Shown here: positions 46,091 through 59,300 of the stretch, piece by piece | How the letters are laid out: the number at the start of each line of letters is the position of its first letter | Numbering within the stretch: the stretch's first letter is position 1 | Assembly (NCBI RefSeq): GCF_030684315.1 | Contig: NC_081379.1 | Coordinates: 30,147,947 to 30,211,946 of the forward strand | DNA length: 64,000 nt | Direction: 5' to 3' | DNA from: Stegostoma tigrinum | Lineage: Eukaryota | Translations under genes and position numbers: made by a program | Notes under the pieces: generated by a model | What the model was told of the DNA's origin: nothing | What the model saw: only the letters and a program-made list of their open reading frames with translations | Database searches by the model: none

Positions 46091-47621
46091 TTTATTTGAG
46101 GTCCAGCAAGCTCAATGATTTGTGTCTAATTCACTGTACTTCCAGAAAAATCGACTTGAAGTTCTGCTCTTCTCTCCAACAGAATTTCCATTTGTCAATT
46201 GTACTCTGTTCTCCTTCACTGCTTTCTAGTTTCTTTCTCATGTCTGAGCCACCCCCATCAGATGCTTTCCTTTTGTCATTGACCCACCCACCCCCGTGCT
46301 CAAAATCTACTATATCAGTATTTATTTCAGCCAACCACGTAGTTTGAAACTGAGTCAATTTAGCCTAAACTGGGTAGGGGTGGTATTCCCTTTTCCAGAA
46401 AGACTTGGGAACCGGTCGGGTCCCTGTGACAAGCTGATGGTTTATTTCACACCAGTTCACAAATTTACTGAGTTAGCACATTCATTTGTACAAATTGCCA
46501 TTGGTGACATTTAACTCTTGGGCTGCAAAGTACTAATTAGAAGACATCACACTGAACTTGAATCATTTAAATTCAGATTTTTTAAAAAATGAAGTTCTTT
46601 TGAGTACAAGCCAATACCTGGTTTCAGTCCTGAAGATTATGTTGTTGGAGCTTCTTCACCAAGCTGTTGTGATTGAGGGGTGTGTACGGTTACAATGTGT
46701 TATTCACACACTGCTCTTCACAGCGGTTTCTTGCTAGTGGTCAACAATAAGAGCCCAAAGGATTACTTTCTACTGGCCTTGCTCATTGTCACGATAATTT
46801 TACTCATGGTCATATCCACCGACCTACTATTAATTTGTTAATTTGCTGTCATTGTTCTGACTGGGTCGATGTCAGACTGACCACTGCACAGTCACTGAGT
46901 TTTGGGAAGGTGTGGCTCTGCCCCTGAAAATAATTTGCATTGCACCAATGAAATATCGTAAAATGTAAAGAATGCAAACCAATATCTACCTCCTATGTCT
47001 CTTTGAGAGAGCAGATAGAGGCTCGGTTAGGTGTTGCTAATACATTGTTAGTTGTTTTAGTACACTCTCCAAGGATTTTGTTGTGGTATTTTCTACTGGT
47101 TGAAATTCAGTTACCTGTAAAATGTTAAAAATATTCAGCTTTGACTATGGGGAGAGCTGGTGTCCTACATCATGTTCAGTCAGAGCAGATTAAAGATGCT
47201 GACAGCAGCTCTCTTCTTCAAAGTGACTTTGTTTTTCCAGGGATGTTTGTGATTTGCTATTATCTTGCTGCCTGTCTTGATCAATAGACTAGTTATAATT
47301 TACTGTTGAGGTAGTACTGCAAGCCATTTAATTGACTAAACTTTTTAAGGTGATCAAGGAGTTTTTTTTTAGTTAGAATTACTAAGCTGTCAAAAGTGAT
47401 TTCAAGTTGAACTTGACCATAGACCTCTTTATTTTTAGCACTTTATTTTAATTCCGAATATACAGAGCAGATCCTGCAATCACTGCATCTGAAATGTTAA
47501 CCTCATTGGTCTTTAGGCTGATTTCTCTGCTGATGTCGCTTTGCTATCCATGTAATTTTAAGAATATATATTGAGCACAGTTGTCCAGAATCTAGCCCCA
47601 ATAACATTCCAGAAAGAATGT

Positions 47622-48725
47622 CCATAAGATGTAGGTGTAGAATTGGCCCATTTGGCCCATCGAGTCTGCTCCACCATTTGATTAGGCTGATATGTTCTCA
47701 ACCTCATTTTTCTGCTTTCTCCCTTTAACCCTTGATCCCCTTACTAATCGAGAACTTACGTATCTCTGTCTTAAGTATAGACAATGACTTGGCCTCCATG
47801 GCCTTCTGTGGCAGAGAGTCCCATAGATTCACTACCCTCTGGCTGAAGAAACTCCTCCTCATCTTGAGGCTGTGCCCTGCGGTCCTAGTATCTCCTATTA
47901 GTAGAAACATCTCCCATGTCCATTCTGTTCAGGCTTCTCCATATTTAGTAAGTTTCAATCAGATCCCTCTCTTTTTAACTTCATCAAGCACAGACCCGGG
48001 TCCTAACCACCACTCATGACGAGCCATTAACCCCGGGATCATTCATGTAAACCTCCTCTAGACCCCTTCCAACACCAGCACATCTCGCATTCTTCCTTTC
48101 CTGCAGGGCCCAAAACTGCTCACAACATCCCAAATGCAATTTGGCCACAGCCTTATACAACCTCAGCAGTACATCTTTGCTGTAGAAATGAATGCTGATG
48201 TTGCATTTGCCTTCTTAACTGCACATGCACCTGCACATTAACCTGGAGAATCCTGAACAAGAATTCCCAAACCCCTTTGTTCTTCACACTTCCAAAGCTT
48301 TTCCCCATTTAGAAAATGATCCATACCTCTATTGTTCCTATCCAAGTGCATAACTGCACACCCTCCCACTTTGTATTCCGTCTGCCACTTGTTTGCTTTC
48401 TGACCTATCCTCTCCAAATTCATCAGCCTCCACACTTCCTCAACACTACCTGTCCCTCCACCTACGTTTGTGCAATCTGCGAATTTAGGAGCAACTGCCG
48501 TCAACTTCTTAGTCCAGACTGTTAATGTATAACATAACCAGCTATGGCCTAACACTGACCCCCTGTGGAATGCCACAAGTTACTATCTGCCATCCTGAAA
48601 AAGAGCCCCTTCCCAATCTGCCTTCTGCTGTCAACCAATCCTTTTTCCATGCCAGTTCGTTGCCCCTAACACCATGGGCTCCTATTTAGCAGCCTCCTGC
48701 ACAACACCTTATCAAAAGGCCTACT
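47622..48725 (-). mobile_element. CR1 LINE 3' part
   Basis: GSVLG...KFADCTNVGG remnant and FFSQRVVNLWDSLP C-terminus. Confidence 0.8.
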
Positions 48726-50103
48726 GGAATGTGAACAGCGTGCCCTCCAAGATTCTGTCAATCTTGCGTAGACTTCTCACAATGTGAAATACAAGTCAGG
48801 TGCAGTCTGAAGTCCATGTTTGGAAAAGTGAGCTGATTGCTAGCTTTATAAATTGTCGTAAATCAATGAGTACTCGAACTTCAGTGGACAACCGACATCC
48901 TTTCTTTTCTCTCGCCTACCCTCGCACAATGTGGCTTCATTTCTTTTTTAGTAAAATGGTGCAGTAAGTGGGTCTTTGTAGCAAGGAAGTAATTCTTGCG
49001 TCTATAGAGGTTTTAATGTAGTGAAAGGCACTAAGACAGTTCATTGTTTTATCAAGCAACGTTAAACACCACCTGAGACCAGGTCAAAAGTTAGCTTTTA
49101 AAGAAGGAAAGAGAGGTAGGAATTTTGCGTTCAGACAGCTAAATGCTAGGACGTTATACTCGAGACTAACGCGAATTTCGGATGGGTACACAATAATATA
49201 GAGCAAAAAGCAAGTTTAGATTAACCACGAGTAAATAAAGCTCCTCCTAGCGGAATGAGACCGGCATTATTTCATGATTACGATGATGCCCAAATAAAAG
49301 AAAAACATTAAAGAAATATAGAATAAAAAATAGTTTCGGAGATCTATCGATAAGTTTACACACCGTTCTCTGGCTGACACTCTGTCTATCGCTTTGCTCT
49401 CTCGCTTTCCAACCTCAGCAAGCAATGTGTAGCAGATTATTGAGCACAATTCATTACACATTCCACATTACAGATGCACTGGCGTTGCTGCAACGTGTGG
49501 AAGGTTTGTAAATGATTGATTGCCTTTCTTCATGTGACTTGTTGAAATTCCTTGATACAAAACATGTTTTCTTTTTGTGACGGGTGTAGTTTTCTTCCCC
49601 ATCCTTTTCCCCACTAAGAAAACACATCCCATGTCCAGTATGCACTGAATTACCCTGCTGAAACTGGGACACTGGTGTTGACTTAAAGCACGCCTTAACT
49701 GCGGATCTGGGCTGAAGACATATTTCGATTCAATTCACCACCTGCCTTTTCTTTTGAATTGCCACTTAAGTGAGATGGTGGTGGGAAATAAAACTGGAAG
49801 ACGAGTAAAGCTCGATAAGTATGAATTGGGGATGGTCATCTTTAGTTCATATTCCTTTGTGACATTTTATACTTGTACAATGAGAGGCGGTTTACCCTCC
49901 ATTCCTGTTCCTGAAATACATTCTGGGTGTTCCTCACCCTTTTTCTAGTGTGAAGAATGTACTGGCATCATAACTAATTCTGAGTTTAAACTGGTGTTTC
50001 TTGTCATACTGTCAAAGCTCTGACTTTAAGAAATTTTCTAGTAATTATCTTTACCTCTATAAAATGATCCCTCAATTACATTTTTTTAACTCTACCGTTG
50101 ATT

Positions 50104-50405
50104 GTAGAGTCCCTACTGTGTGGAAGCAGGCCATTAGGCCTATCAAGTCCACACCAAACCTCCAAAGAGCATCCCATCCAGTCCCACTCCTACTGTGTAT
50201 TGCCCACACTAGACACCACGGGCACTTTAGCATAGCCCACCTACCTAACCTGCACATCTTTGGATAGTGGGAGGAAGACCAAGCGCCCAGAGGAAACCCA
50301 GGGAGAATCTGCAAACTCCACACAGACAGTTGCTCGTGGCTGGAATCAAATTTGGGTCCTTGGCACTGTGAGGCAGCAGTTCTAACCACTGAGCCACCAT
50401 GATGC
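50104..50405 (-). mobile_element. HE1-type V-SINE
   Basis: Minus strand ggtggctcagtggttagaactgctgcctcac...tgtgtggagtttgcagattctccc; same family as 6992-7341. Confidence 0.8.
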
Positions 50406-52149
50406 TCAAGCCTTAGCTTTGTCCAATGTTGTATCTCAACCATGCCTGGTCCATTCACTTATTTGGAGGTAACCCACCCAACTGATATCCAATATATTCC
50501 AACCTTCATAGTTTCTTACTCATTGTCAAGGTTTACACTGGATCCCTCTTTCATTGAACTTAACTGATAGTATATAATGGGGAATCTTTGTTGATTTGTT
50601 TTATAAGTTTAGGCACATCTTGTGCTTCCCATTGTGGACTTGGGATGTTAGCCCCTGCAGATGGTCAGGTTGACCAGGGAGATTTTCCTCTCCTGAATTC
50701 ACCAGGCTATTGCTAAACTATAACATGAGGGAGAGAAACATGACATGTAGGTCAAAGATTTCCCATTGAAGTATACAAGATCAAAATAGACTTGTTTGTA
50801 GGATAGAAAAGTTTATTTTTAAAAAATCAATTTCAAACATGCATTGCAAATCTTTTTAACAAATTGAGGACAGTGATTGCAATTCTTCAAATGTTTGTTT
50901 TGCGAACACATGTAAATAATACTACAGAAAGTAACTGAAATGTTGCTAAACATTGTTCTTTACAGTGAGTAAACCTGAGATGACTGTATAGACTTGCTAA
51001 AATAGTTATTGTATTTACATAAAACAAAATACTACTTTAACAAAAATATTGCAGTATCTATTCCTGCAATCCACTATAGCTCTGTTTAAAAAAAAACAAC
51101 TTTTTAATCAGTTTCAGAACAATCATTCTGGAAAACCTTTCCTAAAAAGGGTGAAACTTTAAAAAAAGCCTCAATGTTTCAGTACACTTGCAGATGCCAA
51201 CTTATGGAAATTTGCCAAGGTCAAGCCATGTCCATTGGGAAGAATTTGAGAAAAAAATACCCATTGTGAGACAGATTTAAAAATCCTTTAAAATTAATAA
51301 TATGCTATTTAATTAGCCTAATTAAGAATGAAAGTTGATTAAAAACTAAGATGTTCTAGATATTTAGTGTTTTAATATTTGGTGCTCTTAACTATAATAA
51401 AACACATCAAATTGCTATATGTTTGTTGCAAAAAATAAGTCTCACTTGAAATAGACTTCAGAGCTTAACAAGTTTTTATTCTGTTTTTATTCTAAACAAA
51501 GGAGGTTAAAAACATTACCATGGAATGTTGGCCTCACTTAAAATAAATATCTGACCCAGAAATGTCAGCCTGTGGCTTTAAGCTTAACAAATATAATTAA
51601 TAATATCATTGAGGACCCCAGGAGATCAGTCTCTGAGGATTTTTTCATCCTGTTATACCCATGGAAGTAAATATACATATCTTAATGATCTTGGTTGAAT
51701 TGTATGAAAGTCTCCAGAGAATCTAAGACTGAGCTGGACTTGGAAGCAATCTCCTTAGTCATCAGGGAGTACTTATTCTGAAAAGTTTAATAAATGCCCA
51801 ATTTTGGGCTGTGTACATGAGGGTACAGGAAGGACTTAAAAGTGACACTTAGTGGGGAAAAGGTCATATCAACAGTCCCTGTGGGATACCACATCACCAA
51901 GTCACAGGTGTCCGTGTAACAATGAACTCAAGGGGATTATGTGAAAAAGGCAAAGAGGTGGTGATCTTCATATGAATTCTAAAGATGACAGACTTCCTCT
52001 CACATAGTGTAAAATCCCATTAATATATCCTTTTGGTTGTCTGATAGGGTGTTGGTGGAGATTAAGTTGAACAATTTGAACAATTAAGGAGACAATTCAT
52101 AGCTCCCAAGAAAGATGTATTCCATTGAGAAAGAAAGACTATGAGTAGA

Positions 52150-52985
52150 ATGCACCATGTCTCAGAAAATTATAGATGGTACTAAATTGAAAGAAAAGAT
52201 TTACCATGCTGTGAAGATTCCTTGTAAGTTAGATTGTAGAGCATTTAGAAACCACCAAAGAATGACTATGAAAATATACAGACATTAGAACATGAGAGAA
52301 AACTAGAAAAAAATATAAAATACACAGTAAAAGCTTCTATCAAGTATGTAAAAAAGGAAAATTGTAACTAAAGAAAATAAATATTTCAGTCCCATAAAGG
52401 ATGAGTCTTAGAAGCTCAATAAATGACTAATTTTTGGCTATGTTTTCTGGCATAAGTTGCAGATTGATGCTTGGATGGGGGGAAAGGGTTAGAGTTAGAA
52501 TTAATAATTGGTGACAAAGAAATGGGAGACTTGGAACAAGAACGTTGTGGGTGTAATTTCAATAGAAGGTACAAATAAATAATCTAATAATGGTAGAAAA
52601 TCAAGAGGCAAAGGAATGGAAGAATGTAAATTAATCGTGATCAATAAAGAAAAATAACAGGAAAACAATGCAACTAAAGGCTGACAAGTCCCATATCTCT
52701 GATGCCAAAGGATTTTGGTCTTAAAAGAAATGGCTACAGAAATACTGAGTAAGCCACAAATGTAATGCCTTAAGAAAGGAGAGAGTCATAATGCAGGAAA
52801 CTTCAGCTTAACGTCTCTCATTGGGAAAACATTAGAGTCCATTGTTAAGGAATTAATAGCAGGATATTTAGAAAATTATCATATATTCACGTAGAGTGAA
52901 CATTATTTTGTGAAAAATAAATCATATTTGACAAATGTATTAGTGTTCTTTAATGATGTAATATGTACAGTAGATGAAAGGCATT
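52150..52985 (+). mobile_element. Old CR1 ORF2 remnant
   Basis: Decayed LKADKSHI and SLTSLIGKTLESIVKE segments. Confidence 0.6.
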
Positions 52986-53064
52986 TGTTGAGGAACCTTT
53001 TCAAATTCCTTTTGTGTGGTAACAGAGGAAGGCGGTTAAACTGGTAATGAGGTTGAGAATTGGG

Positions 53065-53245
53065 TGAAACAAAAAGCAGAAGTTGCTGGGACAGCTCAGC
53101 AGGTCTAGCTGAATCTGTGAAGAGAAATCAGAGTCAATGCTTCGGGTCCAGTGTAAGGAAGGGTTTTTCTTCACAGATGCTGCCAGATGTGCTGAGCTTT
53201 ATCAGCAACTTCTGTTTTTGTCTCTGATTTACAGCATGCACTGTC
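53065..53245. mobile_element. Palindromic Penelope-like mini-element (older subfamily)
   Basis: aaaaagcagaagttgctg...cagcaacttctgttttt inverted arms, centre deleted. Confidence 0.7.
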
Positions 53246-53632
53246 CTTTCATTTTTTTTATTGAAGATTAGGTGGTTAGACTTGTGATGATTGACTATGT
53301 GAATCTTATTATTTATACTGAGGAAGCGATCGTAGAGTTTACCGAAAAAATTTTTAAAATGGGATTCTTTTGAATCTGTAGCAGAAGATGTAAGTTTAAA
53401 TGTAGCAACTTCACCTACAGTATGATGATAAGGAGCAGTGTGTCCAGGAATACTGTAGAAAATAGAAACAAATTGGAGTAAGAGCCAGCCTTTTGAATAA
53501 AGAAACAGTATTGGGATCATTGTATTTTAAAGATAAAAATATTGTTAATGGCTGAATGGGTTTTCTACGTATTTTCTTGAGTTACACATAAATAGAATTA
53601 GAGATTCTCTAATTAGAAAATTAGAGATTAGA

Positions 53633-54440
53633 GCCATAGAGATATGTAGCAGGAAACAGACACTTCAGTCCAACTTGTCCATGCTAACCAGCTATCCTAA
53701 ATAAATCTAGTTCCATTGCGAACATTTGGCCCATATCTCTCCAAAACCCTTCGACTCATGTACCCATCTAAATGCATTTTAAATGTTGTAATTGTACTAG
53801 CCTACACCACTTCCTGTGGCAGCTCATTCCATACAAGAACCACCCTCTGTGTGAAGAGGTTCCCCATTTAAACCTTTACCCTCTCGCTGTAAATCTATGC
53901 CCTCTAGTTTTGGACTCCCCTATCCCGGGGAAGAGACTAGTCTATTTACCCTGTCCATGTTGGTTGTGATTTTATGAACCTCTATAAGGTCACCTCAGCC
54001 TCCCACTCTCCACAGAAAATAACCCTAACCCATTCAGCCTCTTCCTGTACCTCAAACCCTCCAACCCTGCAACATCCTTGTAATTTTTTTCTGAACCCTT
54101 TCAAGTTTCACATCCTTCCTATAGGAGGGAGACCAGAACAGCACACAGTATTCCAATAGTTGCCTAACCAATGTCTTGTATAGCAGCAACATGACCTCCC
54201 AACTCCTACACTCAATGCACTGACCATTAAAGGCTATGTATGAAATGTCTTCTTCACTATCCTATCTACTTGCGACTGTACTTTCAAGAAATTATGAACC
54301 TGCATTCTAAAATCTCTTTGTTCGGTAACACTACCCAGGACCTTACCATTAAGTGTATAAGCCCTACCCTGATTTGCTTTTCCAAAATGCAGCACTTCAC
54401 ATTTATCTAAATTCAACTCCACCACCCATTGTTCCATCTG
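53633..54440 (-). mobile_element. CR1 LINE 3' fragment
   Basis: KCEVLHFGKANQGRAYTLNG; same family as 12380-13166. Confidence 0.85.
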
Positions 54441-54569
54441 GTCAAGAGCCCATTGTATATTTCAAATATGTTCTTTGATGTTTAAGCGAAGAATAAAGTA
54501 CTGATATGGATTTGTAAACCGACGAGCTTGTATGTAATCCCAGGACCAAACAATCAAGTAAAAATAAAG

Positions 54570-55862
54570 AATTGTGGGTGCTGGAAATGAGAAACAAAAG
54601 CAAACCAGAAATTGCTAGGAATGCTCAGCAAGGCTGGAAGCATCTCTGGAGAGAAATCAGAGTTAACGTTTCAGGTCCAGTGTCCCTTCTTCAGAATTGA
54701 TGGTAGCTTGGAAAAGGTTGATATTTATGCAGAAGATGGGGCGAGGACTAGTGAACAGACAATCAAATGTCTGTTGGAGATGGTGGGAAATGCAATTGCT
54801 GGAGAAAGAGGTAACACAGTGTGGAGTTGGAAGAATACAGCAGGCTAGGCAGCACCAGAGGAGCAAAAAAGTTGATGCTTCAGGTCAGGACCTTTCTTCA
54901 GAAATGGGGAGGGGTAGGGAGCTAAGAAATAGAGGAGGGGTGGGGTGAAGGTAGTTGGGATGGTGACAGGTGAGTGCAGGTAGGCAGTAGTGGGGATTGA
55001 TCAGTGAGGTGGGAGGAGTGGGCAGGTGAGAGGGAAGATGGACAGATTGTGTCAGATCAAAGAAGTGGGGATTGGACATGCGATGAGGCTGGGGGTGGGG
55101 AACTTTAGAAACTGGTAAAATCCACATTTAGGCCATTGGGCTGTAGGCTCCCAAGGCAAAATATGAGGTGCTGTTTCTCCAGTTTGCAAATAGTGTCATT
55201 GAGACATTAGAGGAGGCCCAGGATGGACATGTCACCCAGGGACTGGGAACGGGAGTGGGAGTTAAAATGCTTGGCAACCGGAAGTTGTTGTCATTTGTCA
55301 CGAACAGAGCGCAGATACTCTACAAAATGATGTCCGAGTCGGCGCTTAGTCTCACTGATGTAGAGGAGGCCACATCGGGAGCAGCAGATGCAGTGGACAA
55401 AGTTGACGGATGTGTAGGTGAGCCCCTGTCTAATGTGGAAAGTTTGCATTGTGCCTTGGATGGAGGTGTAGGGGCAGGTGTAGCACTTCCTGTGGTTGCA
55501 GGAAAAGGTGCTGGGAATGGTGGGGCTAGTGGAGAGTCACGGAGAGAGGCAGATAGGGGCGGGGAGGGAAATATCTCTTTGGTTGTGGAGCCAAGGATTG
55601 TAGGTGGTGGAAGTGGTGGAGAATAATACTTTGTATGCGGAGTTTGATGGGATGATATGTGAGGACAAGGGTGATTCTGTCTTTATTTCAGTTGGGGGGG
55701 AATTTGAGGGCTGAAGTGCAGGAAGCGCAAGAGATGCAGTTGAGGGCATTTTCGATCAATGGACGGGGGAAGTAACAATCTTTGAAATAGGAAGACATCT
55801 GGGATGTGCAGGAGTGGAACGCCTCATCCTGTGACCTGGTGGAGGCAGAGGAACTGGGAGTT
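54570..55862 (-). mobile_element. Neptune-like Penelope 3' part (about 54777-55862) next to another Penelope-end fragment (54570-54776)
   Basis: Minus strand CICCSRCGLLYISETKRRL; hammerhead-like ctgaagaagggacactggacctgaaacgtt at 54694-54665. Confidence 0.82.
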
Positions 55863-56079
55863 GTTTGGAGATTCACACTTTTTTTCCGATAGAGTAACTT
55901 ATTTTTTCCCAGTTATAGGAAAACATATAAATTCAAGCAGGATTAACATTTCTAACACTCGCTGAAACATTCATGTACACACATTGACACCAGTGCGGTG
56001 CTAGTAAATGTTATTCCACTTGCTGACACATTATCATGAAAGGGGATGTCCCTGCCCCATGGAGGCAGGCCTGAAGGGA

Positions 56080-56160
56080 TTTGAATTTCCCGCGGGAGGC
56101 GGGGCCGGAAGCGGAAGTCGCTTGGCCCAGGGTGTCCGATGTAAACAAGTAAAATGGCCG
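56080..56160 (+). promoter_or_regulatory. FBXO21 core promoter motif cluster
   Basis: TTTGAA 56080-56085, TTTCCCGC 56086-56093, GC box, CCGGAAGCGGAAGT 56105-56118, TGTAAACA 56140-56147, AAAATGGCCG over the ATG. Confidence 0.65.
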
Positions 56161-56341
56161 AGCTGGATGTTTGTGGGGAGAGTGGAGGATTGATCAGGTT
56201 GCCAGAGGAGGTACTGGAGCAGATATTCTGCTGCCCGTCGTTGAGCCATGTGGATGTGGTGAGCGCCTGCCTGGCCTGTAAGAAGCTGCAGGAGGTTTGT
56301 CACGGCCACAGCGCCGTGTGGAAACACCAGTTCAGGCGGAG
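56154..56341 (+). CDS. FBXO21: FBXO21 exon 1 (F-box)
   Basis: MAELDVCGESGGLIRLPEEVLEQIFCC...VWKHQFRR; ag|gtaggc. Confidence 0.92.
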
Positions 56342-59300
56342 GTAGGCAGAGCAAACAGGCCGAGCAAGCTACCTCTGACCCTGCTCAAAAAAAATCACTC
56401 GTGTCGTTTCATGTCCTTTAAAAATGACCAGTTTAAGGCATCTGGCTAAATAAACATTTTTTTTGGTGTGTCAGTTGTGACTGTCGTCTCAATCGCAAAA
56501 TTCCAAGTTCAATTCCGGCTGCTAGGCTTGACTACAAAAACCAATGCACTGCAGTATTGTCAGTGGAGCTGTGTAAACCCAGGCGCCATCAGTCTGCTTA
56601 AATGTATGCAAACGATCTCAGGGCCCTATCTTGACCCTAATGTCCTTGATAATAATCTTGTAAACCTAATGATAGTCACACTATTGGTCCAGCAAGAATC
56701 CTACAACTCAAAGTATAGATGATTTTCTGAGTCAAGACGCAAGTACTTTGCTATTTTACTGTGGTTCTCTTTCTGCTCTGATTTGAGCTAGGCAATGTTC
56801 AAACATCAGCTCTGAACTGGAAGTTCAAGTTGAGCCAGTGTGTACTTGAACTTGCACAAACTGCAACTAGTTGGCGCAGACTGACCTGAACTATGCCAAG
56901 AGATTGCGTAGATCAACATTTTGCAGATTTCTTAATTCTTGATAGCTTTAGTGTACACTTTAACAGGAGGCATGCAGCTTAGACTTTTCTAAACAGTTTT
57001 GTTGACATTAGAAATTCACAGACAGTGATGCTTACAACATTTTGATAATGCAATCCAAAACTTGATGCAATTGAGTTCTTCTATTTTAGGAGACTAAGCA
57101 GTTAAAGTTCTTGTTGATGTTTGCTCAGAAACTTATCCTTTGTCTCCTTCTCGACTATCTCTTCCATCAAACTAAAGTTACCAAAATTCTGACTTTTGCA
57201 CTGGAAACACCAGACTGCTAGTGGGTTCTCTTCCTTTTTCTTCCACAATTCAAACAGTCTGCTCTCTTTACCACCCTTCCTTACCTCTCGTCCACCAAAG
57301 TATGTCAGAGCTTGCTTGGCTTGTAATTTTAAAGCTAATACAGCAGTTAGTGACCAACAATAATAACGTGCAAACTCAGTCAAAGTTTGTGCCCAGTCCT
57401 TTGAATTTGATACTTTTGGGCATGCTGTACTCTTCTGAGTAGGTAATACAGGGTTTTCCAAACCATCTTTCAATTTACCGAAACTGCGACTAAAATTCCG
57501 TGTTCTTGAGTTCAAAATTATTCAGTTTCTTGCTTGTTCCCAGGGCTTAGTCTCACTGTATGTGAGTTTTCTTAGAATTATAGAATTTGCAGAGCAGGAG
57601 GAGGCCATTTGACACTTGACATTGGAACTCCTGCAACTCCTTTCAACAGAACATTTTGTTTTTCTTTAGACTGATCTAATTCCATTTTAAATCCTATTCT
57701 CATCTCTGCTTGAGTAGCTGTATGTAGTGAAGTATTGTGAAACATAATAGCTCTTCTGTTTAAAATCCTTCCTTCTGTCTGCCTTCCTGGTATTTTCAGT
57801 GATCGTGTTTTGAGCCCACCCATTTTGATGGAAACTATCCTTCACTGGTGCTCCCAGTTCTGTAGAAATGAAGCACCACATGCCATCCCATTTCCACAGT
57901 CTTCATTTGTCTGAATACCAGACTCGTCATTTTTCAGTCTTCCTTTATCGTTTCACTCTGAAACCTTCACTTCTCCTTGCTGCTCCCTTCTCCCCCTTCA
58001 ATTCCCCTTCTGAAATATAAAGAGCAAAATTTTCTTGGGTTGCTAGCTGCAGTTTCCTTGAGATTCATGAGGATAATCTATCTTTTAACATTGCTTTTGT
58101 AGTTGCACAGTAAACATAAAAGCTCTGCCAAGTGACCTGAAAAGGGGCAGATAATGTTGTTGCTGGGAGATGAAACTTTGTTTTATTTCTCCATAATCCT
58201 CAGTGTTCGTATTTCTAGTCAAAACATATCTTCATTGGCTCGTGTAAGCTCCTGCTACATTGGTCCAATGATCTAAATCCCAGCTCTTGGAAAAATATGC
58301 TCACTGGAGCAATGTACATTCCCATTTCGCACTGACCAATGCTTATCTTTGTGATCCTTCTGACTGAGATTATCAAATTACTGCTATTAGTAATTAATTG
58401 TTGACAGTTTAATTCTGAGGAGTAGTGTGCAGATGGAAAACTTCTAACTCGTTTTGTTTGGACTTCACCGATGTTAGACAGAGGACACTGAGACTAGATT
58501 CAAACCCGTGGCTTGACGGTGAAAAAGTAGGGTTTCGAACTTTTGGCCATGCATTGTTATTGTTCTTGTTGCGCTTTACCTTTTGAAGAACGGCATCCAG
58601 AACTCATTTACCTGTGCTGGCGTTTGATTTATGGACAAAGTTATTGGGCATAACTTGGAGCTGGTATTGCAAAGCATAGGCAGGCTTTTAGGAGTGTTAA
58701 TAGGTAAAGACCAGAAAAGTAGAAGGATACAATATCATAAGGGCTGATGCAGCTGTTCAGATATAAATTGCCATGGCTGGATGTGCACACTTGTACTCCG
58801 GCTCCTAAACTATATTCCTTATCACAGTGGCTTCAAAAATAAATGTCTAATCCAAAGGCAGCATTGTGGGAAATGTGAACTTAAAGACTGGAAATTTTGG
58901 AAATACTCAGTGGATCTAACAGCATTTGTAGGGAGGGAAAAACGGTGTTAAGATTTCAAGTTAATGCTCTTTCAAAGGTACAGAAAGCAATTACAACAGC
59001 AAGTGGTACAGTGGCAAGGGCTTTGAAGTACTAGCAAAATAGAATAGAATAGCAATTTGTTTCTGATATTTATGAAAATACAGTGAGATGTGTGTAAGTC
59101 ACCAAAAGTTGGTACCATTTCAATTACAGAAATTATAAAAAGAAGTTACGACAAAGTTCATGTTTTGTTCTCTCCATGGCAATTTGAGTTTATGGAGTTG
59201 CTATGGAACGCTGCAACCGAAACCATCCCTGAGGCTGTCAAAGGAACAATTTCCAGATTGGGCCCACCACGCTGCCACTACCGAAGCCCACACAGAAGCT

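Noticed and set aside
46131-46358. 75-aa minus-strand ORF as a possible exon of a missing gene such as SDS
   Set aside because: No resemblance to serine dehydratase or any family I recognise; more likely decayed repeat.
46620-47115. Splice-like signals on the minus strand suggesting exons
   Set aside because: All three frames of the candidate exon close quickly; a lncRNA cannot be supported from sequence alone.
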